Shown in pieces: positions 13,426 through 28,184 of a DNA stretch of 64,000 nt (the stretch's first letter is position 1; each line of letters opens with the position of its first letter). This stretch comes from Eledone cirrhosa (taxonomy: Eukaryota). Where the stretch lies: NCBI GenBank assembly GCA_964016885.1, contig OZ024741.1:167958001-168022000 (forward strand), given 5' to 3'. Below the pieces are notes generated by a model, which was given only the letters and a program-made list of their open reading frames with translations, made no database searches and was not told where the DNA came from. A program made the position numbers and the translations under genes.

Positions 13426-14386
13426 GGCAGAGGATATTGAGTGTTAAGGCTATTTTCCCTGTTAACACAGTGGTTAGACTTGTGAACCCAGTGAAAGGCT
13501 TGATACTTATCATGGAGTCCTTTTTGAGACAATATTTTACAACAAGATGCCGCTCTTTATAGCACCAAATGTTTTGGCTACCTCTTATGAATTGCCAGGA
13601 TATGGTGTGTATATTCTAAACCAGATACACTCAGCTGGAAAAGAGAAATATAATGAAACACAAATAAACAGAGACAAAAACAATATAAAAAACATAGAAA
13701 ATCCAAGACATACATACCACAACCAATAAGATCTGTTAAACAACTACAACATAGTTCAGTGAATTTGTTAAAGACTCATTCACTTATAAATCTATGAAAT
13801 GGAAAATAATTTATTTCAAGAATTTGTCTAAAGAAACATGAAGAAATTGTTAGAAATCTAGAAATATCATGATATTACAGTTTTGAATCTAACATTTATA
13901 GGAAATCTATAAAGAGCAGTGAAAGGTTAATAGCTAAATGAACTTTGTACAATAAAAATAGAAAATCTAATTTATTGAAATGAAGATTCAAATATGAATT
14001 ACTTAGGAGCTTGTTGCTGCCATTGGCAAGTATTAGAGAACATTTAGTCTTTTTTATAAATAATTTTATGAAGAAGTGACAGATAGGCATATGGTTTAAA
14101 AGTTAGGGTATTAGCTTCCTGATTGTATAGTTGTGAGTTCAATTCCTAGTGGTACTCAACTATCTTCACAAATACTACATGCATCATTTAATGTCCACTG
14201 TTTTTCCAAGTCAGTATTCAATTGGAGACACAATCCTCTCAGATGGGTTGTGGGGTGGTGTAACACTTTTTACTAGGTTTTCTTGTTAACATCAACCACT
14301 TTATCTTTTGTGGCTCGAGCACTGGAGGGGCTGCCGAGTTCATGATGTAACTGTAGACTCTTCTCAACTCTTTTGATATGACAATA

Positions 14387-14728
14387 GGTGGCACATGGCT
14401 TAGTAGTTAGAGCATTGGCCCTGCAATCGAAAGGTTGTGAGTTCAATTCTCAGACCGGGCAATGTGTTGTTTCCTTGAACAAGACACTTTATTTCACATT
14501 GTTCCAGTTTACTCAGCTGTAGAAATGAGATGATAGGGACTGGGGTCCATATCATCTCCACTGTAAAGTGGACGTGGAGGTGTCATGGAAAAAAAGCACC
14601 CAGCACTCACTGTAAATGAGGTTGGTGTTAGGAAGGGCATCCAGCTGTAGAAATCAAGCCAGAATCAGTTCCCGTCTCACCCTTGCAAGCAGGGAAAAAG
14701 CGGACGTAAAATGAAATGATGATGATGA
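14387..14728 (+). mobile_element. tRNA-head SINE with RTE-derived tail
   Basis: Same family as 11473-11862; A/B boxes and (GAT)n tail. Confidence 0.8.
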
Positions 14729-14751
14729 ATGATGAATAGGTATAAATGCAT

Positions 14752-14815
<64 letters not shown>

Positions 14816-15202
14816 GCACACATATATATATATATTCAATTTACTGAACTAAATCATTTAAATCTTTTATGTTGATTACATCTGATGATGTTGCCAATTG
14901 TCTTGCATCATGGTCAGGTGATGTAATCTGGACATAGAAATATATATTATGTAATTGTGAAACATTAAAGGAATATATTGGAATCTGGCTTTCTATTTTC
15001 ATTGAAGTGTATAAAAGAATATATATATAAACTATAATTGTCGAAAGAAGTAATAAGACTTGTATAAAAAAAATATAATGTTTATAATTTCAAATTTTCT
15101 TTTCAAACATGAAGAGTTGTAGAGATAGCAAGTATGGGATATGCAGTAGCAGCATATGTAACTATTTGCAAACTGCTTCCGAGAATAAAAAGGAATAGAC
15201 TT

Positions 15203-15410
15203 TTAACACTTTAGCATTTAAAGTGGCTATATCCATCCAGAATTCTCTCACCTCTTTCTGTTCAAACTGGCCGTAACTGGCTGCTTATACTGGTGTTAAC
15301 GTATTGTTCTCAAAATAAATAACATCAAAGTGAGGTAATTATGTAAGATACAGTCTTTACCACAATAATGCAATAGTAAATATAGAGTAATGTAAATGTT
15401 AAAGGGTTAA
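15203..15410. mobile_element. piggyBac-like MITE
   Basis: TTAA-cactttagcattt ... aaatgttaaaggg-TTAA. Confidence 0.65.
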
Positions 15411-15419
15411 AATAAATGC

Positions 15420-15710
15420 AGAAATGTACAGCAAAACAAAAAAATATCTAATATATTGAATAGTATGTCTTGGCTGCAAAAGAATTATATTGGTCAAACC
15501 TGTAACTCTTTGTGTAAAGGAGCCAGAGAACGCAAACAGCAGATACAAAAACCAGAACTAAGGAAAATCACGCTAAGTGAACATTTAGAAATTTATGGAT
15601 ACAGCAAATTAAAAATATTCCCTTTAAAAATTTTCAAGCGATGATCTAAAGTACAAACTAGAAAAAGAAAAGTATTTTATAAAGAAATACACTCCAAAAC
15701 TAAACCATAA
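15420..15710 (+). pseudogene. Decayed PLE GIY-YIG endonuclease remnant
   Basis: Across frameshifts reads LIY*IVCLGC..NYIGQT..LSEHL..PKLN. Confidence 0.55.
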
Positions 15711-16929
15711 CAGTTGTGCCTTTTAATAACAACTAAATTTATATCTTGATAAGTCTCATGAAATTCCAGATAATATTGCAAATTTTGCAATATTATCTAT
15801 AATGCCTGCAGCTCTCCCTCCTTTTCTTTGTTCAGTTGTTTACTATTTTGAATACAACCATTCTCCTCTTCTATCATGTAAATCTATTTTTTCATTCTTT
15901 CATCTTGGTGCTACCACAATGTCCAGATATGGCTATTACTACTAGCCTAACTTTTCCTCTCAGTGCATTATTTACTTTGTATTTGTTTATGTCTCCATAT
16001 AACTGATCATTTTTGTCACATATTGCTTGACTTATATGTTGAACATTTAATTAAATGTAATTCATATAAGTTCTGCTTTATTTACATCTTGTAAAATACT
16101 CCACGACAGTTTTTAACTATCTTGTTAGACACTGTGACACTGAATCGATCAGCATTTCTGTAGATATATAACAAGTCGAATGCTAGGATGAATGATTGGG
16201 TTGTGGTGTTGATTCAGTTGTGTGTGTACTCACTTGTGGATTGCTCAGTGATGTGGTCACTGTTGTGTAGAGTGTAGGTGAGGGAAGATTGATATGCCTG
16301 ATACAGTGTGACCAGAGATTGTGGTGTGCAAAGAAGTGAGTAACAGTGTTCATTATGATGATGGTGATATAATGGTTCCTTGGGTAAGTAATTTACCTTA
16401 ATCACATAGGAAAGGAAATACATAAAACACCATAACACAAAGCTGCTATGTTACTAATTTATTAAATATAACTTTCTCTGAAGTTATAAGACAATACATG
16501 AAGAACAAATAGCCACAGAGGAATTGTGTGATGTTTTGTGTCAGGATGATGTGTATGCGTGTTTGCTTGCAGAAGTATTATTAAAACTGCATTTACCAAA
16601 TTTCTGTTCATGTGATGAATTTTACAGGCTTCGTCAAGAGAGAGAGTGAGTAAGACTCATATGATCTGTGTAAAGCAGTGGACCACTTGTTAACTCATAG
16701 AATTCAACTCTCCAACAACTTTGCTTGACTCTGAGAGCAAGATATTTATGAATATTGCTTCCTTTATCTCCGAGACCTGAGAAGAAGCAGATGGCCTTTT
16801 GATATCTCAAAATCTCAGACATATTAGCGACTCAAAAACCCATTCAGAATGTAAACCTATCTATGAGGTCACAGAGGTCAGCTTCTTGGTGGTAGATTTG
16901 ATAGTGTAAAAGTAACTCTGTTGAAAAGA

Positions 16930-17928
16930 GTGTCAAATTACTGCTACAGATAGAAGTAAAACTCTGTATGTCCATTTCAACAGCTGATGTCTATAGAGTG
17001 CTTGCATCTGTTGCCAATTTTGCTATTTATATATGTTGCATGGTAGTGAAATCTGGTTGCTGTGTGCAGAGGGATTATGAATATTGGAAAGAAATGAAGC
17101 CTACATGCTCCGATGGATGTGTAATAGTAATATATATGAACAGCAAAGCATAAATGAACTGAGAAAGAAAGTGGGCATTAGAGGGACCAAATGTAGTATG
17201 TAAGAAAGGAAATTACATTGGTATGGCCATAATGTGTATGAAGGATGACAGCTGTATACAAAGGTGCACGGTGATCAAAGTTGATGGAAGTTATGGAGTA
17301 GAAAGACCTAGGATGAGGTGATAAAAGCTGACCTTGCACAATTGCGCCTCTTGAAGGTGACACAGGATTGAGATCTCTGGTATTATGCAATAATAAAGAA
17401 GACCTATCATACTATGCCTATGGGTTGAAGCATACATCTAGTACACCTCCCACACCTTAACACTACCCACATCCTAACCCCCCCCCATTCTCCCACGCCT
17501 TTATACATCTGCCCCAGTCCCCAGTTCACACTGTAAAGTGGTCATTTTGGTGCCACAGCAAAAAGCACCCAGTCTGCACTGCAAAGTCATTGTTTTGGTG
17601 CCACAACAAAAAGTGCCCAGCCCACACTGCAAGGTGACCGTGTTGGTATTTCAACAAAGAGTACCCAGCTCACACTGTAAAGTGGTTGTTATGTTGCCAT
17701 GATAAAAGGCACCCAGAACACCCTGTTAAGGGGGTCATGTAGATGTCACAACAAAAAAGCATCCATGACACACTGTAGATGTGGTTGATGTTAGGAAGGG
17801 CATCCAGCTGTAAAAACTAAGTCAGGAATAGTCTTGTATGAGCAAGACATTGTAACCTGATCTGACTTGCCTGAAATGGGACAAATCCATGCTAGTGTGG
17901 AAAAAAACATGTTAAATGGTGATGATGA
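16930..17928 (+). mobile_element. Old RTE LINE 3' fragment with ~39-bp tandem repeats in its 3' UTR
   Basis: Similar to the RTE C-terminus; ~7 units of cacactg(t/c)aaagtggt..aaaagcacccag at ~17527-17790; GAT tail. Confidence 0.7.
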
Positions 17929-17989
17929 TATATATATATATATATATATGTATTGTATTGACTGAATATATATATATGTATTGTATTGA

Positions 17990-19510
17990 CTGAATTCTCT
18001 ACTCTATACCCCAGGACTTTTTGTGACTCGCACTGAATTCGGAGACCCGAACTTTACACTAGGTACAACCTGTTACCATTCCATCTCCGCCATCCTCTAT
18101 ATCTATATCTATATGTTCAACTTGTATTATCTTACTTCAACTTGATCTATATTGATTCTTATTTACCTTTATTAATTTTTTTAATTATTTCATTAATGTA
18201 TATTTTTTATTATTTTATTATTTATTATTTTATTAATGTATTTTAATCAATGTATTCTATCTTTATATTGGTATTTTATTTTTGTATTTTTTTGTAATTT
18301 TTCCTCACTCAGGTCATTATGCACCTTTCATAGCCCCCTACCCACCTAAGAACCACATTACTTATAACCCGGACTAACTGGGACTTTAAAATAATTTTGG
18401 TCTATTTGCACTTTTCATTGGGTTGCTACCTTCGACTTGTGTGGTGGCTTTTTCCCGGCTGCGCGCTGGGCACTTGGAAAGTTCAGCCTTCCTTGAGTGC
18501 TCGGAAAAATAAATTTCTCCTCTTTCGGTAAACAAAATTACTCGGAGCGGCTTGCTTTGCCCCAGTCCCACCCCGCCGCCTGTTTTGGCCGCCCACATTA
18601 TACTTGTACCTACAAACTCCAGGTTTAGGCACAACTATTAGCTGTATCATGCCTCTACTGGCACATAAATAAACCCCTCATGTGGGATTTAATAGTATTC
18701 ATTTGGTATAGACGATGGCCTGTCGAAATTGTGGAGTTCCTGCTAGCACTCTCAGAGCCTAAGGTAGCTACGTTCCTAGAGTACTCGGAAAAATTAATTT
18801 CCATTTCTTTCGCTGGACGATACCACTCGAGACTGGCTGACTCATGGTGGTGGGTGTGCTGGCTGGGACTCCCAATCGAAATCTTTACTCTATATCCCAT
18901 CGAGATAAATTATTTCATATAAGACTCTCTGTAAGTTCATTAAATAAATAAATCTCGCTACCTTAATCCTTAATTCTCTAATAACTTTTTTTTCAATTTT
19001 ATCATTTTGCAATTTAATATTTTTAATTTAATTTAATTTCACCCTATAACTCGCAACATAAGTTTAACGTTCCAATCTTTGGTTCACACATTAGACCATA
19101 CAGACACCCATTATAGATTCTTTGGGGTAGCATTGTTTCGCGGCATTTTCTAGCATGAATGTAGTATGACCCTTACACTACACTTCTTTCTCCCTTTCTT
19201 TCTTTCTTCCCCTTCTTCTTTGAGGGAGTGGTTGTAGTGCATTATAAGCCTTCGCCCCCTCACCAGATATTCATTAGTAGCTTCAGTTGCCAACACTTTG
19301 AGGGCAACTGGCTGAGAAGCTACTTGGTCAGTCGTCCTCTCTGTCTCTGTCTCTGATTTTTCGGACCCATGGTTTTTTACATATTCCTTTGTTATATTCC
19401 AATACCTGATGATATCACCGGATTCATATGGAACCCGGTCATTAAAATGATCATAGTATAATAAACCTTTCAAGGATTTACACCAGTCCAGCCTCCTGTG
19501 ATTTTATTTC
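17990..19510 (-). mobile_element. Probable Ty3/Gypsy 3' remnant (integrase C-terminal module plus downstream non-coding part)
   Basis: ORF 19150-19473 YESGDIIRYW...KVLA..NEYLV..IMHYNHSLK resembles the GPY/F module; ~70-bp diverged direct repeat at ~18486 and ~18767. Confidence 0.4.
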
Positions 19511-20582
19511 ATTTATATATATATATATATATATATACGTACACACACATACAAGGGTGTATGTTTTAGGTGATGAATTATCAAAACTAGTAAAGCATAC
19601 TTAGGTCAAGATGAATTGGGAAATTTGTTCCACCTCTTTATGTTGTGAGAGCCTGGGTAGATGTGACAGTCTTGTTTGTATCTAGCCAACAATAAGAAAA
19701 CACCTGCAGGTAGGCAACAGTAAATCACCTTCCTATTTTTCAAAGAAAATTGCAATAATAAGTATTTAGCGCTTGTTTTAGAATTCATCTGGGGTTGTTC
19801 ATTGATCTGTAGTGCAGAAAGAAGTGTATGCATTGGTAAAAAAAAAAAATGAAAAATCAATGCTTCTGCAAAAAAAAAAATCTAATCATGAATGAAATTG
19901 ACATCAATACCGCCACATAAAGGAAATGTTTCAGTAACATCAAACAAAAGCCTTCCATCTACAATTATTTCCCCCCAATTGGAACAGCTTTGGTCAATAT
20001 TAAAGAGTTATCGAGCAGTTGATAAAAAGCATTATATAAAAAATTTCGTTTGAATACAACAAACTATAAAAACTGCTTCATAGATTTACACATTCAAAGT
20101 TGGATAGGTATATCTTTGTTTGAATGGGGCTAGAAATAAACTTTACATTTATCTTTCATTAATCACTGTCATGGTGTAGACACTGCATGGCTAAATAGAA
20201 TAGAAGTTCACTCCACAATCACAAGGTCTCTGTTTCAATCTCACTGCATAGCATTTTGTGCAAGTACCAGCTTTACCCAAGCCTTGTGTGTGAAATGGGG
20301 TAGACAGGAATTGTTTAGAAGCTCATCAGATGGATTTCACCTGTAATTCAAAAGTACAAATACTATGTCATGCTAAATTCGCCTATGAATTACTTTGCAA
20401 GAGCTGTTTAGTACACATTCCCACAATGTCTCAAGCAAACTAAAACATATACATCACATTTCTATATATATATAGTGCACTTTCGTTGCATTATAGTTGT
20501 ATACCAATTGGCGAAACTATGCAGTCGGGACATAGGAGAAAAAATTAGGTGTATTTTCTTTATTTTTTTTTCTTCACATTTA

Positions 20583-21905
<1,323 letters not shown>

Positions 21906-22589
21906 AGTACCTTCTTTAAGAAAACTGAATTTAGAGATCCACAGACATGGAACTGGTTAAAAAGAGGAGACCTTAAAAAGGCTACAGAAGGAATGCTAAT
22001 GGCTGCGCAAGAGCAGGCCCTCAGAACGAAGTGGGTGAAACACCATATTTACAAGGAGGAGGCTAGCCCACTGTGTACGATCTGTGGAGAGAGAGAGGAG
22101 ACTGTGTCTCACATTGTATCCAAATACAAACACCTAGCCCAGACTCACTATAAAGGCTGGAGACATGATGTGATAGGCAGGGTGATCCACTGGCATCTAT
22201 GCAAACTAAACAATTTACCACATGCTGAGAAGTGGTATGAGCATAAGCCAGAGTCGATGATTGAAAACGATCAGGTGAAGGTGCTATGGGATTTTAGGAT
22301 ACAGACGGACAAGAAATTAGAACACAATAGGCCTGACCTGGTGGTTTGGGACAAGGGAAAAAGATCGGGCCTGATTGTAGATGTAGCCTGCCCATTTGAC
22401 AAGAGAGTGCAAGAAAAGGAGAGGGAGAAAATTAACCGATACTAGGACTTAAAGTGGGAGTTAAAAAGGATTTGGAACTGCCATGAAATCAAGGTCGTCC
22501 CGATTGTCATAGGCGCACTAGATACTATCTCAAAGAGTTTCCAAGGATGGTTAAAGAAGATTAGTCCAGCCCCGCTTTTTGGAACACTT
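21906..22589 (+). mobile_element. Second R4/Dong-clade LINE fragment (different family), 3'-truncated
   Basis: TEGMLMAAQEQAL, CTICGEREETVSH, RHD, WDFRIQTD..NRPDLVV, IVDVACPFD..EKINRY. Confidence 0.85.
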
Positions 22590-24667
22590 ATCGGCCTTTT
22601 CTTTCTTTTCTCTATCAAGGAAGAATTCCCCAATGTGGGCTGTGGTTTGTACCGCGATGACGGTCTTTTGACCATGATCAATTACGGTCCACGCGCCTGC
22701 GACAGGTTTAGAAAAGAACTCACAGCCTCCTTTAAAGGCTTCAACCTCTCCATACAGGTTGAGGCTAATCTCTCGGTCGTTAATTACCTCGACGTTACCC
22801 TCAATTTGTCGAATGGCTTGCACTACCCGTATAGAAAGCCGAATGATACGCTTAATTACACAAGTAAGCATTCTAACCATCCTGCCAGCATAACCAAGAA
22901 CTTGGTAAGAAACGTTTCTTGGAGGCTTTCCCATCTGTCTACAAACGAACATATTTTCACCGACCATTTCACATATTACAATGAAACTCTTGCTCGGAGT
23001 GGATTTGTCGATAAGGTAGCATATACTAAGTATGAGCATAGACCAAGGAAAAATAGATCCCGACGCATTATAAGTATAACCTACCATATAATATGGAGGT
23101 GGCCACACCATTAGTTAAGATCTTTCTCTCCCTTATTAAGAAGCATTTCCCCTCAGCACATGAATATAATAAAAATTCTAATAGAAATACCATTATCATT
23201 TCTTACTCTACGATTCCCAACTTTGCACATAACATCACTGCTTCAAATTTAGCTAAATTACCTAGCCGTATGAACACGTTCAACCCTGTAACTAGTACTA
23301 ACTGTAATTGTAGGAATCGGGTTGACTGCCCTCTATCCGGGAAATGCCTCTCCAGTAACATTGTCTACAAATGTAAGGTCGAAAAACCCATGTCTAGTAG
23401 GGCCTACATAGGGTTAAACGCCAATAGATTCAAGCAGCGTCTTTACATGCACACCCATTCTTTTCTTAACCCTTTAAGAAGGAATATGACGTCACTTTCA
23501 ACTTATATATGTAGTCTAAAAGACAACCACACCCAATATAGGTTACACTGGGAGATCCTAGTTAAAGCTAGATTGCATAACGGAAATAAAAGACCATGCG
23601 ATCTTTGCGCCGCTGAAGCCCTGGAAATACTCTACGCCAATGATCACATCTTAAACAAAAAATCTGAGGCAATTTCGGCTTGTAAACACAAATTGCATAA
23701 AACTTTCCTGTATTGCAGCCCCACATTATACCCTAACGGATAGTACGAACAATACGCGGATAATTTACGTCTTGATGTGGTAGCTAAATATATTTTATGT
23801 TTATACCATTACTTATTTGTATAGGTAAGTATACCTTACCCGTATGTTTTGTGAAGGTACGTATACTTTCTCGTACGTAGATATGCTTGTATTTGTTATA
23901 GGTGTATATATTATATTATATATACTGGTATATGTGTATATGGTTATGTGTATTTTGTGTTTGTGTGTGTATGGTTATGTGTACATTGTTTTGGTTGACG
24001 TAGATTTGGTGAACATATGTGTATTTACCTGTAGGTATATGTATATGTGTGCGTGCATTATATACGTATTTATGTATGTATATTTATATACGTTTATATA
24101 ATTATATGTATACACACACACACATATATATATTTTTTTAATGAGTATTGGGTCTATACGTTCGTATGTGTGCGGGTACATGTGTCGCGCGGGTTTATGT
24201 ATGTTGTGTGCGCGTGTTTATGTGTACGAGCATGTATATGCATGCATGGCGGGTGTTTTCGCGTATGCACGTGTATGTACGTATATAGATGCGTGCATGT
24301 ATATATTTAATTATTATTTTTATGATTTTAATAACCTCTGTCGTTTTCATTCTACTAATTTATTTACATTATTCTTAACTCTGAAGCCGAGAATCATTCG
24401 GTTTCCTAAATAGAGTATTAGTCTAATGACTCCATTTATACCATAAACGTGGTTTTATCTTTGCGTGTAATTGTTCTCTCGTCCCACATAACGACGTATT
24501 ATCTTCGCTTTTTTTCGTTCATAGCCAGGGAACGTCTTCCTGTTTTCCTTCGGTTGCAACGTTTTTCGAAATATTTACTTCTGCGTTCACAGATTGATTT
24601 TTTTTAGCTTCAGAAAATCCCGTTAAGGGTGAAAGCAGCGATTCTTTGCTTAAACTTTAATCTGTTA
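22590..24667 (+). mobile_element. 5'-truncated Naiad-like Penelope element (RT C-terminus + GIY-YIG)
   Basis: GLYRDDGL, NYLDVTLNL..PYRKPN..SNHP, CNCR..CPLSGKC..IVYKC..YIG..FKQR..H, CDLC..E, CKH; ends at (AT)n. Confidence 0.85.
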
Positions 24668-25464
24668 TCTGTATATATATATATATATAATTAAGTATGT
24701 GTGTGTGTCTGTGTATTACCTATAGGGGCCTACATCTTACGATCGATTTTCATGAAACTTTACAAGCTCATAGATTAGTCATCGGGGAGTGTTTTCTATA
24801 TATCAGCGTATCGTTTTTGTTTTATTCCGGGGTCATTCTGCAGATAAAAATCGATATGGGGGGGGGGGGGGGTGTCACCTTTTTTTAGGTATCGAAAAAT
24901 AAGACTTTTGGCTCTAGGTCCCACATTTTGCCACTAGTTTCGTTCAAATTTTAAAGCAAAATAGAATTTATCATTGCACATCCTGTAATGGTATTATATT
25001 TTGCATTTGTTGTTTATGGACGGCGTGGCAGCCGCTTAAATATTCAAAAACACCACATTTAGACTCAAATTTCCACTTTTTCGGCTCTAGCTCCCACATT
25101 AATCAACCTACTTTGTTCAAATTTTACACTACGCTAGATCTGATTATTCCACGTCTTAAGTGGCTTTACATTTTGGATTTTTTGTTCAGGAACAGCGTGG
25201 CAGCCGCTTAAATATTCGAATATACCTCCTTTTCGCTCAAATTTCCGCCTTTTCGGCTCTAGATCCCACATTTTTCAACCGATATCGTTCAAATTCGAAT
25301 GCCCCGTCGTCAGTCACCCGCGTTTCTCAGTGATAGAGGTCATCTCCACGCTCCCCCGCATGGCCTGTGTGTGGCCATAGATAAGTCATTGAGAAGCAGC
25401 CGCTAAGATCAACACCTTTTCATCAAAGCAGATATTATTTTACCTACCCAGGCAACGCTGCTAG
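24668..25464 (+). mobile_element. Non-autonomous Helitron
   Basis: A|TC start, cgattttcatgaaactt motif, three ~175-bp internal subrepeats, 3' hairpin remnant cccaggcaacgctg then CTAG|T. Confidence 0.7.
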
Positions 25465-25490
25465 TTTTAATATATATATATATATATATA

Positions 25491-25896
25491 TTGTTATACT
25501 TTGGGAGGGTCATGTTGCCAATAAGAAACACACGCACCAGTTACTTTCACTTCAATTTATTATAAATTAAATTATAAATTTAAAAATTTATAAATTTCCG
25601 GTTGGTTGGTTGGTTCCACAACCGGACGCTTGTTCATATATTGTCTAAGTTCTTTCGTCACACATTCTGTGACCTCTTCAGTGACTGGGGATGCATTTCT
25701 TTGTTTTGTGCCTCTCCTTTGTTCTGTCCTACGCCATCTTGTGTTTGTGTGTGTTGTGTGCTTAGTTTGCGCATGTGTTACATCCGAGTGTCTGTGTGTG
25801 TTTTTATTGGAAACATGACCCTCCCCAAGTATAACAATATCGGTTTCAACACACGTTTTCAGATAAAGAATCTTGCTAAACAAATTCAGAAACGAA

Positions 25897-25897
<1 letters not shown>
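25491..25897. mobile_element. Non-coding fold-back derivative of the pLTR of the PLE at 36331-39890
   Basis: Strong identity to 36331-36700; terminal inverted segment 25491-25525 / 25800-25837; (AT)n on both sides. Confidence 0.85.
25643..25685 (-). ncRNA. Minimal hammerhead ribozyme motif
   Basis: gtca-CTGAAGA-ggtcac(agaatgt)gtgac-GAAA-gaac-TT-agac. Confidence 0.7.
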
Positions 25898-25929
<32 letters not shown>

Positions 25930-26960
25930 AGAATGAGTGTGTATATTAACTTGCCTATTATATATGTGTACATCTTTTCTATTTCTGGTTATACTTCATT
26001 CAATATATACATATTTAAAGAGATTTTGATGCCAAAGTATTTCTGTGAAAAAGAAATGCTTTTAGTCATTCATGTTGGTTAATAGGTTCTAGGTATCAAA
26101 CAACTCTGAAAGATCAATCAATGAGCCAGAATTATGTCATAATAATGATAAAGTTTGTATATAATTCTCACGAAAGAAGCTTTAGAAAAAGCAGTGTTAT
26201 TCCCCAGATACAATAATATCCATGTGATCTTTACTCTTGAGATGAATAAACATTTGAAAAAGGATATATCACTGAGAATAGCTGTTATACCATCTGTAGA
26301 TAATGTATTTGTACTTCAGAGGTATTGCATATAAAGGATATATCATTTAGAGTAGTTGCTATGTGTACGAATGTGTCTTTGTGTTTGTTTGTGTGCATAT
26401 ATGTGTTGGTTCTGACATTGAGTATTCAAGTCATTCAAGCAATGGTGCATCTGCTTGTCAAATTAATGTGCAATTGATTGAGGGTATCCTTGATATATTT
26501 CTCAAGGAAATTCATCATGACAGTGTGTGATAAGGCCAGCCTTTTGAATTACAGGTACTACATATTTTGTTCCAGCTGAGTGGACTGGAGCAACTTAAAT
26601 AAAGTGTCTTGCTCAAGAACACAGCACACTTCCAGGAATCAAAACCTTATGATTGTGAGCTGAACTATCTAAACACTAAGCCACACACTTTCACATAGCT
26701 GTTACACCATCTATTTATAAGTTATGTTATTGCAACTCAACAGATTAGAATAAAATTGGGATATAGCAGATTTAGTAGGCAGATGTGTTTCAGTTGTTGT
26801 TATTAGAAATATGGCATCCTGCTGGGGTCAACTTTGCCTTTCATCCTATTAATGTTGAGAAATAAAGTACCAGTCTAGTACTGGGGTAAATTCTTTCTCT
26901 GACTCACTTTTTCCTTTGCTCTTTCTGACTCTCAAGAAGACATCAGCTGTCTAAGACTTA

Positions 26961-27019
<59 letters not shown>

Positions 27020-27026
<7 letters not shown>

Positions 27027-27872
27027 GGCAGACTGTATGTTGCATGTATAAGAACAAGTATGTTGCACAGCAGCTAGACCTGGGCTCTGTGTGCAGAGGA
27101 CCTGCATAGATTGGAAAGAAATGAAGCCTCCATGCTTCGATGGATGTGCAATAGCAATATACATGAACGGCAAAGCATAAATGAACTATGTGAAAAAGTA
27201 GGCATAAGCGGGATCGGATCTTGCATCCAAGAGCGGAGATTGCGTTGGTATGGACATGTGATGCGTATAAAGGATGACAGCTGTATAAAAAGGCACAGAG
27301 CATTCAAAGTTGATGGTAGCCATGGAGTAGGCAGGCCTAGAAGTACTTGGGATGAGGTAATAAGAGCTGGCTTTGCTCAATTAAACCTCACTAAGGCAAT
27401 TACAAAGCATTCTATGAAGTATTACAGAAGACCCGCCCTCTATTATTCTTGGAGTGAGGAATAGTAGGCATCACCATTCCCAACCATCTTCCCTCCCATA
27501 AACCTCCCATACACCTATGTCCCCAATTGCCCAAAGTATCTTCCCCACCCGTTCCAAGTTCTCAACTTCCTTTATAAAGTGATCCTCCCTGGACTACGAC
27601 AAAAGGACCTAGCCCACTATAGTGGTCATGTAGGTGTCATGACAAAAGCGAACGCCCAGTCCGGAATGTAGAGTGGTCGTGTAGGTGACACGGCAAAAAG
27701 GCACCCGGCACACACTGTAAATGTGGTTGGTGTTAGGAAGGGCATACAGCTGTAGAACCCTAGTCAAATCAGTTCTGAGTGAGTGAATCACAGTCCCGCG
27801 ACGTGATCTTTCATAAAAGGACAGCCTGTCCAACCCATGCTAGCGTGGATCATGGATGTTAAAGGATGATGA
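27020..27872 (+). mobile_element. RTE LINE 3' fragment
   Basis: ERNEASMLRWMC..RRLRWYGHVMR..GRPR; GAT tail. Confidence 0.85.
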
Positions 27873-27973
27873 TATACATATCAAATTTAATATATAAATG
27901 GCTCCTCAGGACTAGAACTGTTTCATTTGAAAAAATCATCAGGAAACTTTCCTGATGAACCAGGAACTCAAAG

Positions 27974-28004
<31 letters not shown>

Positions 28005-28184
28005 CATATATGTATGTAACAGAGAGGATATGGTAAGATACCAGGTGAACCATAATGCACCAGAGTACTCGATACTTAGGGTAGTAGAGTGGGTAATATG
28101 AAAAGATTCAGGACCCTGGCGGCTGAGCTCCAGCTGTTTCGACAGCTGGATCTAGCTGTTGAATCTTTTCATATATATATATAT

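Noticed and set aside
13540-13900. Possible PLE RT remnant (SEFVKDSF)
   Set aside because: One short motif among many stops.
14387-14460. tRNA gene
   Set aside because: It is the tRNA-like head of a multi-copy SINE, continuing into SINE body and tail.
17527-17800. CRISPR-like array
   Set aside because: Contiguous degenerate tandem units without unique spacers, inside a eukaryotic LINE UTR.
24605-24645. Possible HHR at the Naiad 3' end (cagaaaa-tccc gttaa gggt-gaaa)
   Set aside because: Two core mismatches and no stem III or stem I closure; at best a decayed copy.
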